Below the pieces are notes generated by a model. That model worked only from the letters and a program-made list of their open reading frames with translations. It searched no databases and was not told the origin of the DNA. From an uncultured Syntrophaceae bacterium (GTDB lineage: Bacteria > Desulfobacterota > Syntrophia > Syntrophales > PHBD01), in contig CAZODI010000007.1 in NCBI GenBank assembly GCA_964578535.1, forward strand, positions 18,785 through 82,784: a stretch of DNA of 64,000 bases, written 5' to 3'. The position numbers were made by a program, and so were the translations under genes. This document shows, piece by piece, positions 7,701 to 14,707 of the stretch (the first letter of the stretch is position 1; each line of letters begins with the position of its first letter).

Positions 7701-9598
7701 CGCATTGCCGTGTCGGTGGTCCAGATCACGTCGTCGCTGTTTTCGGCGAGGAGCCGGTACTTCTCTTCGCTTCGGCGCAGCGCCTCGGCGGCCTCCTGCT
7801 TTTCCGCCTCGGCCCGTCTCCGCTCGCTGATGTCCGTTGTCAGCATGACGATGCCGATGGGTGCACCCTTGGTATCGCGCAGGAACGTGATGGTGCTTTC
7901 CGTCGGGATGGTGGACCCGTCCTTGCGAAAGGCCTCCAGTTCCAGGACTCGCACGTTATGGACGGAGAAATCCGTTGTCCGCTCCCTTGCCAGGTCCTCC
8001 TCGTAGGCTTTCATGGCAAATCCCATCGATTCCGGGGTGAGCCATTGATTCAGCGACAGCGCCACCGCCTCCTCCTGTGTATATCCCAACATTCGCCGGA
8101 CCGCGGGACTCGCATAGGTGTTCTTTAGATTCATGTCCCAGATCGACAGGACGTGAGGGATGGTTTCGACGACCCGCCGGAGCTTTTCCTCGCTCTCGCG
8201 GAGGGCCTCCTCCGCCTGCTTGCGCTCGCTGATGTCCACAGCCAGTCCGTCGAACCGGATGATGCGGCCTTCCTCGTTCCGGACGGCCCGTGAATGCAGG
8301 GACAGCCAGACAGGGCTTCCGTCCTTGCGCCGATGCTGAACCTCATAGGCCGGGAGGAATCCCTCCCTCTCCATGATGGACATGATCTCTGCGCGGTCGG
8401 CGGGATTCATGAAGATCTGTGTTGCAATGTCCGTGACGGTGCTGATCATCTCCTCGGCGGAGTCGTATCCGTAAATGCGGGCCAGGGCCGGATTCACCGA
8501 AAGGAAACGGCCCTCCGGCGTGGACTGGTAAATCCCCATCAGGGCATTCTGGAAGATGCCCCGGAATTTCTCCTCGCTCTCGCGCAGGGCTTCTTCCGCC
8601 TGTTTGCGCTCGCTGATGTCGCGAATGATGTAGACCATGCCGTAGGGAGTACCGTCTTCGTGTTCGAGGACGCTTCCGTTCACCTCGTATAGAGACTTCC
8701 TGCCCCTTTCCAGGATCAGGTGGTATTCCTTCGGCCCGAGGGGTCCCTCCATCATGAGGATCGTGTTCTGAATTGCCGTTTCGAGATCCTCGGTGGCGAC
8801 GAAGGAGAGCATGTTCTGTCCGACAATCTCTTCTCTTTTATACCCGCTCACCTCGATGCCCTTCTCGTTGATGTAGAGAACCTCGCCCTGGGTGTTCGTG
8901 CGGATCACGACGTCGGGGATGGCCGCGATAAGCCGGGTCGAGAACTCCTCGCTTTCCCGGAGCGCCTGGTTCTGCTGCCAGATCTTCTTCGATTTCTCCC
9001 AGCTGTTGAACCGCAGCCGGTCCAGGAGAAAAATGAAGAACGCCACAACCACGATCGCGACCAGGAGGTCGTTCAGGTTGTAGCGCGACCGGACGGAGTC
9101 GAAATACATCCCCTTCGCGAAGCAGGTGCTGAAAAAAACCATCACCGATAAAGCGAGGATCGACCAGGCCGCCCGCCGGGGGATCGGGATGAGGGCCAGC
9201 AGCGTGGTAACGAGAAGATAGCCGCCGAGATAGGCCGGGTCGGCCTTGGACAGGCCGGTGATTGCCGCCGTTGCAATCTCGAGATAGCCGCTGATGATGA
9301 TGATCAAAAGCAGGCTGTAGGGCTTGAATCGTTTGAAGCCTTGCAGGATCAGGACGGTCAGGCCCACCACCGAAAAGCCGATCCGGAGCGCAATGATAAG
9401 CGGCTCGTTCGGGTGGAGCTGCCGGTCGATGGGGATATAGGGGAGCAGGGCGAAGACTGCGATCAGGGAGACGATGAAGACAATCTTGCCGCACTGGTCG
9501 TTGAGTTCCTGAAAGAAGGTCTCCTTGTAGTCGGACGGACCGTTCCAGGAAACGAACGGGACGCGGATCCGCTCCCAGATGGATGGCTGGTCGTTCAA
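4781..9598 (-). CDS. large hybrid sensor histidine kinase (6 TM, 7 PAS/PAC modules, HisKA, HATPase, receiver)
   Basis: H-box SHEIRTPMNAILGF, DTGPGM / GTGLGLALS and receiver VLVADDRDTNR...DMTMPVMDG...SKP. Seven PAS modules are each closed by a DISER[KR] linker. The start is proposed at TTG 9598, 6 nt downstream of GGGGAGGGG. The ATG at 9904 would add about 100 Arg-rich residues with no hydrophobic or domain signal. Confidence 0.85.
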   Translation of the reverse strand: MNDQPSIWERIRVPFVSWNGPSDYKETFFQELNDQCGKIVFIVSLIAVFALLPYIPIDRQLHPNEPLIIALRIGFSVVGLTVLILQGFKRFKPYSLLLIIIISGYLEIATAAITGLSKADPAYLGGYLLVTTLLALIPIPRRAAWSILALSVMVFFSTCFAKGMYFDSVRSRYNLNDLLVAIVVVAFFIFLLDRLRFNSWEKSKKIWQQNQALRESEEFSTRLIAAIPDVVIRTNTQGEVLYINEKGIEVSGYKREEIVGQNMLSFVATEDLETAIQNTILMMEGPLGPKEYHLILERGRKSLYEVNGSVLEHEDGTPYGMVYIIRDISERKQAEEALRESEEKFRGIFQNALMGIYQSTPEGRFLSVNPALARIYGYDSAEEMISTVTDIATQIFMNPADRAEIMSIMEREGFLPAYEVQHRRKDGSPVWLSLHSRAVRNEEGRIIRFDGLAVDISERKQAEEALRESEEKLRRVVETIPHVLSIWDMNLKNTYASPAVRRMLGYTQEEAVALSLNQWLTPESMGFAMKAYEEDLARERTTDFSVHNVRVLELEAFRKDGSTIPTESTITFLRDTKGAPIGIVMLTTDISERRRAEAEKQEAAEALRRSEEKYRLLAENSDDVIWTTDTAMRFTYVSPSIRKLRGITVEEALAETVEQAMTPDSLNTVLFAYNRFLPDIEQGKNPTARIEIEQYRKDGSTVWVEASMMTMRDDEGRLIGYLGVSRDISERRRAEAEKQEAAEALRRSEENYKFLVENTSDIIWVFDLKAMSYAFCSNSVERTLGYTAEETVGMKLENVFTPETAEAVTAGFRRIVAGKEPLDRIVMEAEHIAKNGDRLWMEISAVVKRDERGRPVAFNGVTRDISERKRAEAEREAAAEALRRSEEKYRLLTENSGDVIYTTDTNLRMTYISPAIQKLRGVTPEEAMGQPFADAMTPESLNVLFEDYLRVLPEIEKGGNPTSHLELEQYKKDGSTFWVDVTLSPMRDDAGRLTGIVGVSRDISERKRMEAELKEAEEKYRTILETMDSGYYEVDLKGSMLFCNPALRKFLGYGEGELTGLPFSAYMDDEETKRVYKIFHEVYVSGKPSGDFYWRLTRKDGTSVYSAVSAYPVRNGQDKIVGFRGTVRDITILKEAKDAADAASRSKSAFLANMSHEIRTPMNAILGFAQLMERDPDLSPQSREHLDVINRSGEHLLALINDILEMSKIEAGRATFTPNTFDLHAFLRDIERMFRIRTDAKKLTFLLEEVGPVPRWAVTDEGKLRQVLINLLGNAVKFTEEGGIALRVAARAEKGDKVDLRFEVEDTGPGMTEEEKGILFQAFEQTRTGVKSGGTGLGLALSRGFVQVMGGSITVTSTVGKGTTFRFEIPVREGTEEQAKPKEAKRRVLRLKPGQGEIRVLVADDRDTNRQLLTRLLGTVGFTTREAVNGEEALQSIREWKPRVVLMDMTMPVMDGYEATRVIKATPELKGTAVIAVTASAFEEDRQRIFAAGADGYLSKPFKEEDLFETIRLLTGVEFLYDETESPERTPDGAEDAARMHRTVAALAPELISQMRDAVESADMDLLNELVGRLAAEHPDFTRWVRQMAARYEYEALIELFSHGA
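7356..7420. repeat. 65-nt direct repeat, copy 1 (inside the kinase gene, encodes the PAS linker DISERRRAEAEKQEAAEALRRSE)
   Basis: Identical base for base to 7770..7834 when read by eye. The offset is 414 nt, i.e. 138 codons. Confidence 0.9.
7770..7834. repeat. 65-nt direct repeat, copy 2
   Basis: Identical to 7356..7420. More diverged linker copies occur near 6935-7010, 8190-8240 and 8570-8620. Confidence 0.9.
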
Positions 9599-9866
9599 TT
9601 TTCCCCTCCCCGTATGGTGTACAAAACATGGCGAATGTAAACGGATATCGCCGGCTATGCAACGGGAAAATGGGAAGCGGAACCGCGACCTGCAGGATGG
9701 CCCAGACCTCCGGTTTCCCCGATACGGCGACGGGCGCCGCCGGATCGTATGCTTTTTCTCCCGGAAAGGCCACAGGCCGGTTGCAAAACCGAAATATCTC
9801 TCTATAATGCCCCCTGCGGGCTCCCCGTGGGGATACGAATTTTTGCGCGATTCCGAAAGGTTGGAA

Positions 9867-11075
9867 ATGGCGTACAAAGACATGGACGATGGCCGGCTGG
9901 CCATGCAGATCTTCTCCGGAGAAGACCGGCTGGGGGTCGATTTCCTGAACGAAGTGAAGCGGAGGAAGGAAGCGATGCTTCCGCTCCTGTGCGAGGTTCT
10001 TTTCCACGAGGAGAACTACAACTGGGAGGACGGCCGGGGATGGGGCGTGATCCACGCCGTTCATCTCCTGGGCATCCTGGCGGACCTGCGGTCCGTCGAC
10101 GCCCTCCTGGAGGCCTCCGGATTTGCGGCGGACCGTCAGATCGACTGGATCGCCGAGGCCCTGCCCGAGTGTTATGCCCGCCTCGGTCCGGCGGCCATCG
10201 GGCGCCTGAGGGATCATATCCGGGCCAATGTGGTTCATGGCGAGCCTTACGTGGTCAACGAGATCCTGGGGCTGTGGAACATCTGGCACGACCGCATCGA
10301 CTTCCGGGAGGGAATCGAGGCGTTTCTTCTGGAGCTCCTCATGGAGACCGCCGGGGACTATATCGTCCGGACGAACCTGATGGCCGATTTCGCCCAGGCC
10401 GGGCGGCGCGACCTGAAGACCCTGTTCCGGCACTACTACGAGCGGGGTGAGGCGGACCTGGAGACGGTCACCTGGGAAGACCTGGAGTCGTTTTTCGAGG
10501 ACAGGCCCAACCCGCCGGCCTCCCGGAGGAGCCTGGAGGACTTTTACGATTCCGACGCCATCCGGGAGCGGGAGCGGCACTGGGCGGTCCATGAGGCCAT
10601 GTTCCGCCAGCGGGACTGGGAGGACTGGCTCCTGGAGAACATGGACCGGATCGGCCTGAAGGAACCCTGCCCCTGCGGGTCCGGCGGCCTCTTCGAGCAG
10701 TGTCACCTTCCCTGGGCGGAGCGGGAGCGGGACCGGCTCCTGCAGGAGGACGACCTGGCCCAGACGCGCCGGCAGGCCCGGAACTTCGTCAGCCAGGAGA
10801 GGGCGGAGGAGACGGCGCTGCGCCGGTTTCTGGCGGACCGGGGACAGGCGGACCTGTTTCCCCTCATCAAGCGAAGGGCCCTGGAGATCGCCCGGGCGAC
10901 CACCAGCAAGTCCCGCAGCCGGAGCTTTACAGCCGCCTTCCAGACGTTCTTCGGCCAGGTGGAGTTCCGGTCGAAGGACGAGTTCAATGAATTCATGGAG
11001 CACCTGACCGCCTACTACAACGCCCTGACGGCCCAGTACGAGGAGCATCCGGGCGGCGGGCGGCGCCTGCACTGA
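9867..11075 (+). CDS. DUF1186-like protein with a SEC-C type metal-binding motif
   Basis: ATG at 9867 (MAYKDMDD...). It carries a CPCGSGGLFEQCH motif (C-x-C-x8-C-H, as in the SecA C-terminal zinc site). The N-terminal helical region resembles DUF1186 (from memory). The start could also be a nearby in-frame Met. Confidence 0.65.
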   Translation: MAYKDMDDGRLAMQIFSGEDRLGVDFLNEVKRRKEAMLPLLCEVLFHEENYNWEDGRGWGVIHAVHLLGILADLRSVDALLEASGFAADRQIDWIAEALPECYARLGPAAIGRLRDHIRANVVHGEPYVVNEILGLWNIWHDRIDFREGIEAFLLELLMETAGDYIVRTNLMADFAQAGRRDLKTLFRHYYERGEADLETVTWEDLESFFEDRPNPPASRRSLEDFYDSDAIRERERHWAVHEAMFRQRDWEDWLLENMDRIGLKEPCPCGSGGLFEQCHLPWAERERDRLLQEDDLAQTRRQARNFVSQERAEETALRRFLADRGQADLFPLIKRRALEIARATTSKSRSRSFTAAFQTFFGQVEFRSKDEFNEFMEHLTAYYNALTAQYEEHPGGGRRLH

Positions 11076-11252
11076 CCTCCGACTCGCCGTGGATGGACAT
11101 GGAGAAAACGCACGGACCTGCCGTCGCGCCGCGCACCGTCTGTTGCCGGCATTGGAAGAACCTGGTTTGACGCGGGAAGCGCAGGACGTCGTGAAGTCGA
11201 TGCCCCCGGGAAGCCGGGGATTCAGATCCGACCGAGGAGAAAGGAGACAGCC

Positions 11253-11699
11253 ATGAAGAGCAGCAAAGCGGTACGAAGGAGTCGGGGAAATGCATTCTGG
11301 ACGGTGTTCGCCGCTCTGGTCCTGGCGGCCCTTGTGCTGGCCGTGCCGGCCCAGGCGCTGCCCGGGGGAAGCTACAGCAAGACCTGCAAGGACTGCACGG
11401 ACGACGGCCAGGAGCTTGTCTGCCAGTGCAGCTATAAGGGGAACTATTCCGGCACCTCGATCTACTACGGCATGTGCGAATCCGGCAGCGTGACCAACAC
11501 CCGCAGCAAGCTGACCTGCACCGCCAGGGGGAGTTTCCGCAGGTCGTGCAAGGACATCTCCTGGAACGCATCGCGCCTGCAGGCCGTCTGCAAGACCAAG
11601 AAGGGCAAGTGGAGCGGCACGGTCCTGAGCAGCTGGTCGTCCTGCGACGGAGACATAGCCAATTGCGACGGCGCCCTGACCTGCGGCGCATGCCCGTAA
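11253..11699 (+). CDS. secreted cyanovirin-N homology (CVNH) domain lectin
   Basis: SD GGAGAAAGGAGA precedes the ATG. Sec signal peptide ...LVLAVPAQA|LPGG. The mature part shows two tandem half-repeats matching the CVNH pattern (SYSKTC...LVCQC...GTSI and SFRRSC...LQAVCKTKKGKW...DGDIANCDGALTC). Confidence 0.6.
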   Translation: MKSSKAVRRSRGNAFWTVFAALVLAALVLAVPAQALPGGSYSKTCKDCTDDGQELVCQCSYKGNYSGTSIYYGMCESGSVTNTRSKLTCTARGSFRRSCKDISWNASRLQAVCKTKKGKWSGTVLSSWSSCDGDIANCDGALTCGACP

Positions 11700-11897
11700 G
11701 CCATCTGTCAGCGCCGGTGCCTTGGCCGGCACCCGAACATCCATGACCCACTTGTTTTTGCCTGAATGGAAATGCCCGGCTGCCGGGATGGGGAGCGGAA
11801 CCCTTCCCGGTAAAGTTATGACGGTGTTCGCCGCGCACTCCAGGCACGTTGGATCCTCCAGACCGACGGTGCGAGCGGTGTTCGTCCGGGAGGCCTT

Positions 11898-12629
11898 ATG
11901 AAACAGGACGTTCCAATTCTCGCCGCCCCGGATCCGGAGCGGGTTTCCCGGGTTCGGGAGATGTTCGGGGACATCGAGGGCCGCTACGATTTTCTGAACC
12001 GCCTGCTGAGCCTGCGCCGCGACGTGGCCTGGCGGCGCTTCACCGTCCGCCGGATGCGCTTTCCCCGGACCCGGCGCTTCCTCGACGTGGCCACCGGGAC
12101 GGCCGACCTGGCCGTCGAGGCGGTGCGGCACCATCAAGAGATTCAGGCGACAGGTCTGGATTTCGTCCCCGGGATGATCGAGGGTGCCCTGCACAAGGTC
12201 GGCGAGGACGTGCGAATCCGGCTGCTCCTGGGAGACGCCCTGAACCTGCCCTTTGCCGCGGATTCTTTTGACGTCGCCGCCGTGGCCTTCGGGATCCGGA
12301 ACATGCCCGACCGGCTCGGGGCTCTCCGGGAAATGGCCCGGGTGGTCGTCCCTGGCGGACAGGTCATGGTTCTGGAGATGCACCTGCCGGAGATCCCCGT
12401 GGTCCGTCCCTGCTACCGGTTCTATCTCTGCCGGATCCTGCCCCGCCTCGCCGGCGCCCTGTCGGGCAACCGGGAGGCCTACCAGTATCTCTCCGAGTCC
12501 ATCGTGGCCTTTCCCCCGCCGCGCATCTTTTCTAACATGATGCGGAGCGCCGGGCTGGAGGCGGTGGAATGCCACTCCCTGACCCTCGGCGTGACCTGCC
12601 TGCACGTCGGCCGAAAGCCGGAGCGATAA
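11898..12629 (+). CDS. ubiE: demethylmenaquinone/ubiquinone C-methyltransferase (UbiE/MenG family)
   Basis: Shows the typical family features: N-terminal RYDFLNRLLSLRRDVAWRR, SAM motif LDVATGTADLA, FGIRNMPD and YQYLSESI. Confidence 0.85.
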   Translation: MKQDVPILAAPDPERVSRVREMFGDIEGRYDFLNRLLSLRRDVAWRRFTVRRMRFPRTRRFLDVATGTADLAVEAVRHHQEIQATGLDFVPGMIEGALHKVGEDVRIRLLLGDALNLPFAADSFDVAAVAFGIRNMPDRLGALREMARVVVPGGQVMVLEMHLPEIPVVRPCYRFYLCRILPRLAGALSGNREAYQYLSESIVAFPPPRIFSNMMRSAGLEAVECHSLTLGVTCLHVGRKPER

Positions 12630-12683
12630 GCGAATATTCCGGATCCGCCGGACGGATCGGAGGGAATGGTCTTATTTGTTTTA

Positions 12684-12716
12684 TTGATTTGACATATAGC
12701 GAATCATCATATATCC
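12684..12716 (+). promoter_or_regulatory. candidate sigma70-type promoter upstream of yedF
   Basis: An AT-rich patch in a GC-rich spacer contains TTGACA (12689-12694) followed by a TATATC-like -10 at sub-optimal 15-nt spacing. An overlapping TTGATT / CATATA alternative exists. It lies ~170 nt upstream of the yedF ATG. Confidence 0.3.
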
Positions 12717-12884
12717 CGCCATATCTGACCGGCTGAAACAGCAATACCAAGAAGATCAGACGGATTCCCGGCCTGTTCCTCCGTGGGTCGGGAAAAAAGC
12801 ATGTTCTCTGCCGGACGGAATTCGTTGTCAGCGGGAGGCACGCGGCCGGAAGGAGTGAGCCGGGCGGTGCAGGAAGGAGACAGC

Positions 12885-13490
12885 ATGCGCGAAATAGTCG
12901 ACGCCAGGGGCCTGGCGTGCCCCCAGCCGGTGATCCTGGCCGGGAAGGCCCTGGAAAAGAATGAGCGGATTGCCGTGATCGTGGACAATCCCATGGCGGT
13001 GGAGAACATCCGCCGCCTCGGAGCGAAAATGGGCTGCGAGATGGTCGTGGAGGAAAAGGGCGGGGGGATCGTCCACATCCACCTGACCCGGGGAGCATCG
13101 CCACCGGCCGCACGGGAGGACCTGGAGGCTCTGGCCGTCTGCACGCCATCGGGTGGAGGACCGTATGTCGTGGCCCTGCCGGAAAATCGGATGGGACGGG
13201 GGAACGATGCCCTGGGGGAGATCCTGATCAAGGCCTTCGTCCATACCCTGACCCAGATTGATCCCCTTCCGGAGAAGGTCATCTGCTACAACACGGGGGT
13301 GCTGCTGGCCCTCGACGACTCCCCGGCTCTCGATGACCTGCGGCGGCTAAGGGATGCGGGCGTGGAGGTCCTCGTGTGCGGAACGTGCCTCAACTTTTTC
13401 GATGTCAAGGACCGCCTGGCCGTCGGCTCGGTGTCCAACATGTACGAGATCGCCGGATCCATGGCGGCGGCCCGGGTGGTCTCGCCATGA
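12885..13490 (+). CDS. yedF: YedF-type sulfurtransferase-like selenium metabolism protein (TusA-like N-domain + DsrE-like C-domain)
   Basis: ATG at 12885 after GGAAGGAGA. N-terminal MREIVDARGLACPQPV (the TusA CPxP motif). The C-terminal half matches the YedF pattern (VVALPENRMGRGNDALGEILIKAF...VLVCGTCLNFF). Confidence 0.8.
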   Translation: MREIVDARGLACPQPVILAGKALEKNERIAVIVDNPMAVENIRRLGAKMGCEMVVEEKGGGIVHIHLTRGASPPAAREDLEALAVCTPSGGGPYVVALPENRMGRGNDALGEILIKAFVHTLTQIDPLPEKVICYNTGVLLALDDSPALDDLRRLRDAGVEVLVCGTCLNFFDVKDRLAVGSVSNMYEIAGSMAAARVVSP

Positions 13491-13717
13491 CGGAGCACGT
13501 CGAGACCTGGTGGGTGGTCCTCTTCGACTCCGTCCACCATGCCGTCCAGGCGGAGAAGATCCTGAAGGAGGAGGGGGTGCCCTACAAGCTCGTCCCGGTC
13601 CCCCGGCACATCAGTTCGGACTGCGGCGTCTGCATCCGCATTTCCGCCGGGGACCGGTCCCGTGTCGCCGAAATCCTGGACCGTCGCGGCACGTATCGTG
13701 AAATTCGCCCACTCTGA
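13487..13717 (+). CDS. DUF3343 (putative Se/S carrier-like) small protein
   Basis: The ATG overlaps the yedF stop (ATGA at 13487-13490). The 76-aa sequence (WWVVLFDSVHHAVQAEKILKEEGVPYKLVPVPRHISSDCGVCIRI) is typical of DUF3343. Confidence 0.7.
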   Translation: MTEHVETWWVVLFDSVHHAVQAEKILKEEGVPYKLVPVPRHISSDCGVCIRISAGDRSRVAEILDRRGTYREIRPL

Positions 13718-13735
13718 CAGCGGGGAGACAGGATC

Positions 13736-14707
13736 ATGACCAACAGGCAGGACTTCTCGCGCAGCATCACGTTCCAGCATCTGGAGGCCCTGACGGCCCT
13801 GGCGGATACGGGGAGCTTCTCCCGGGCGGCCCGGCGGCTCCACCTCTCCCAGCCGTCCCTGACGCGGCACATCCAGAACCTGGAAGAGCTGGTCGGCACA
13901 CCGCTTTTGGTAAGACAGCGGGAAGGGGGTATTCTCACCGCGGAAGGCCGCCAACTGTGCGATTTCGCCCGGCAGATTCTCCGTCTCCGTGAGGAGGCCT
14001 GGGACCGGATCGCCGACAGCCGCGGCTCGGGAAAGGGCCGCATCCAGATCGCCGCGAGCACGATTCCGGCCACGTATATCCTGCCGGGGGTGATCTCCGC
14101 CTGGCATCGCCTCCATCCGGGCATCACGATCAGCGTCCGGACCCACGACAGTGACGAGACCCTGCAGGCGGTGCTTCACGATCAGGCGGAGATAGGGCTG
14201 ATCGGAAAGAAGACGGTCCACCGCGGCGTCGTCTCGTTTCCCCTGTGGAGCGACCGCATTGTCCTCGTGGTGCCTCCGGACCATCCCTGGGCCGGGGAAA
14301 AGGAGCTTCCCCCGGCACGGCTGGCGGAATCCTCCTTTATCGCAAGGGAGCGGGGCTCGGCGACCCGGGCGACCCTGGAGGCCTATCTCCGGGCGGAGAC
14401 CGGCCTGGATTCCTCCTCGATCCGTGTCCTGTGCGAGGTGGGGAGCTCCGAGGCGGTCAAGGAGGCCGTCCTGGCGGGGGCGGGGCCGGCGTTCCTGTCC
14501 ATTCATGCCGTCAGGAGGGAAGTGAAGGCGGGAAGCTTGAGCATCGTTCCGGTGGACGGCTGGAACATCGAGCGCTCCTTTTTCCTGATTCACAAGAAGA
14601 GCTTCCGGTTCAAGCCCCACCACAGCCTGTTCATGGAGTACCTGAAGGCGTATCGGACGGAGGGCGCCCCGGGTCAGACGCAGAGCTCCACGACGTCGCC
14701 GTCCTGA
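13736..14707 (+). CDS. LysR-family transcriptional regulator (selenium-metabolism-associated type, by context)
   Basis: N-terminal wHTH (FQHLEALTALADTGSFSRAARRLHLSQPSLTRHIQNLEE) plus a LysR substrate-binding domain. Its 3' end overlaps the convergent GTPase gene by 34 nt. Confidence 0.85.
   Translation: MTNRQDFSRSITFQHLEALTALADTGSFSRAARRLHLSQPSLTRHIQNLEELVGTPLLVRQREGGILTAEGRQLCDFARQILRLREEAWDRIADSRGSGKGRIQIAASTIPATYILPGVISAWHRLHPGITISVRTHDSDETLQAVLHDQAEIGLIGKKTVHRGVVSFPLWSDRIVLVVPPDHPWAGEKELPPARLAESSFIARERGSATRATLEAYLRAETGLDSSSIRVLCEVGSSEAVKEAVLAGAGPAFLSIHAVRREVKAGSLSIVPVDGWNIERSFFLIHKKSFRFKPHHSLFMEYLKAYRTEGAPGQTQSSTTSPS

Noticed and set aside
8838-12605. Very long minus-strand ORF (1255 aa) spanning the kinase N-terminus, the DUF1186 gene, the CVNH gene and ubiE
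   Set aside because: The composition is dominated by R, P, G and A, with no motifs. It is antisense to, or overlaps, four well-supported genes with clear family signatures. This is a typical stop-poor shadow frame of a high-GC genome.
12630-14707. In-frame UGA (selenocysteine) recoding or a SECIS element near the selenium-associated genes
   Set aside because: All three genes have uninterrupted frames with normal stops. I found no pair of same-frame ORFs separated by a single TGA in or around the cluster.
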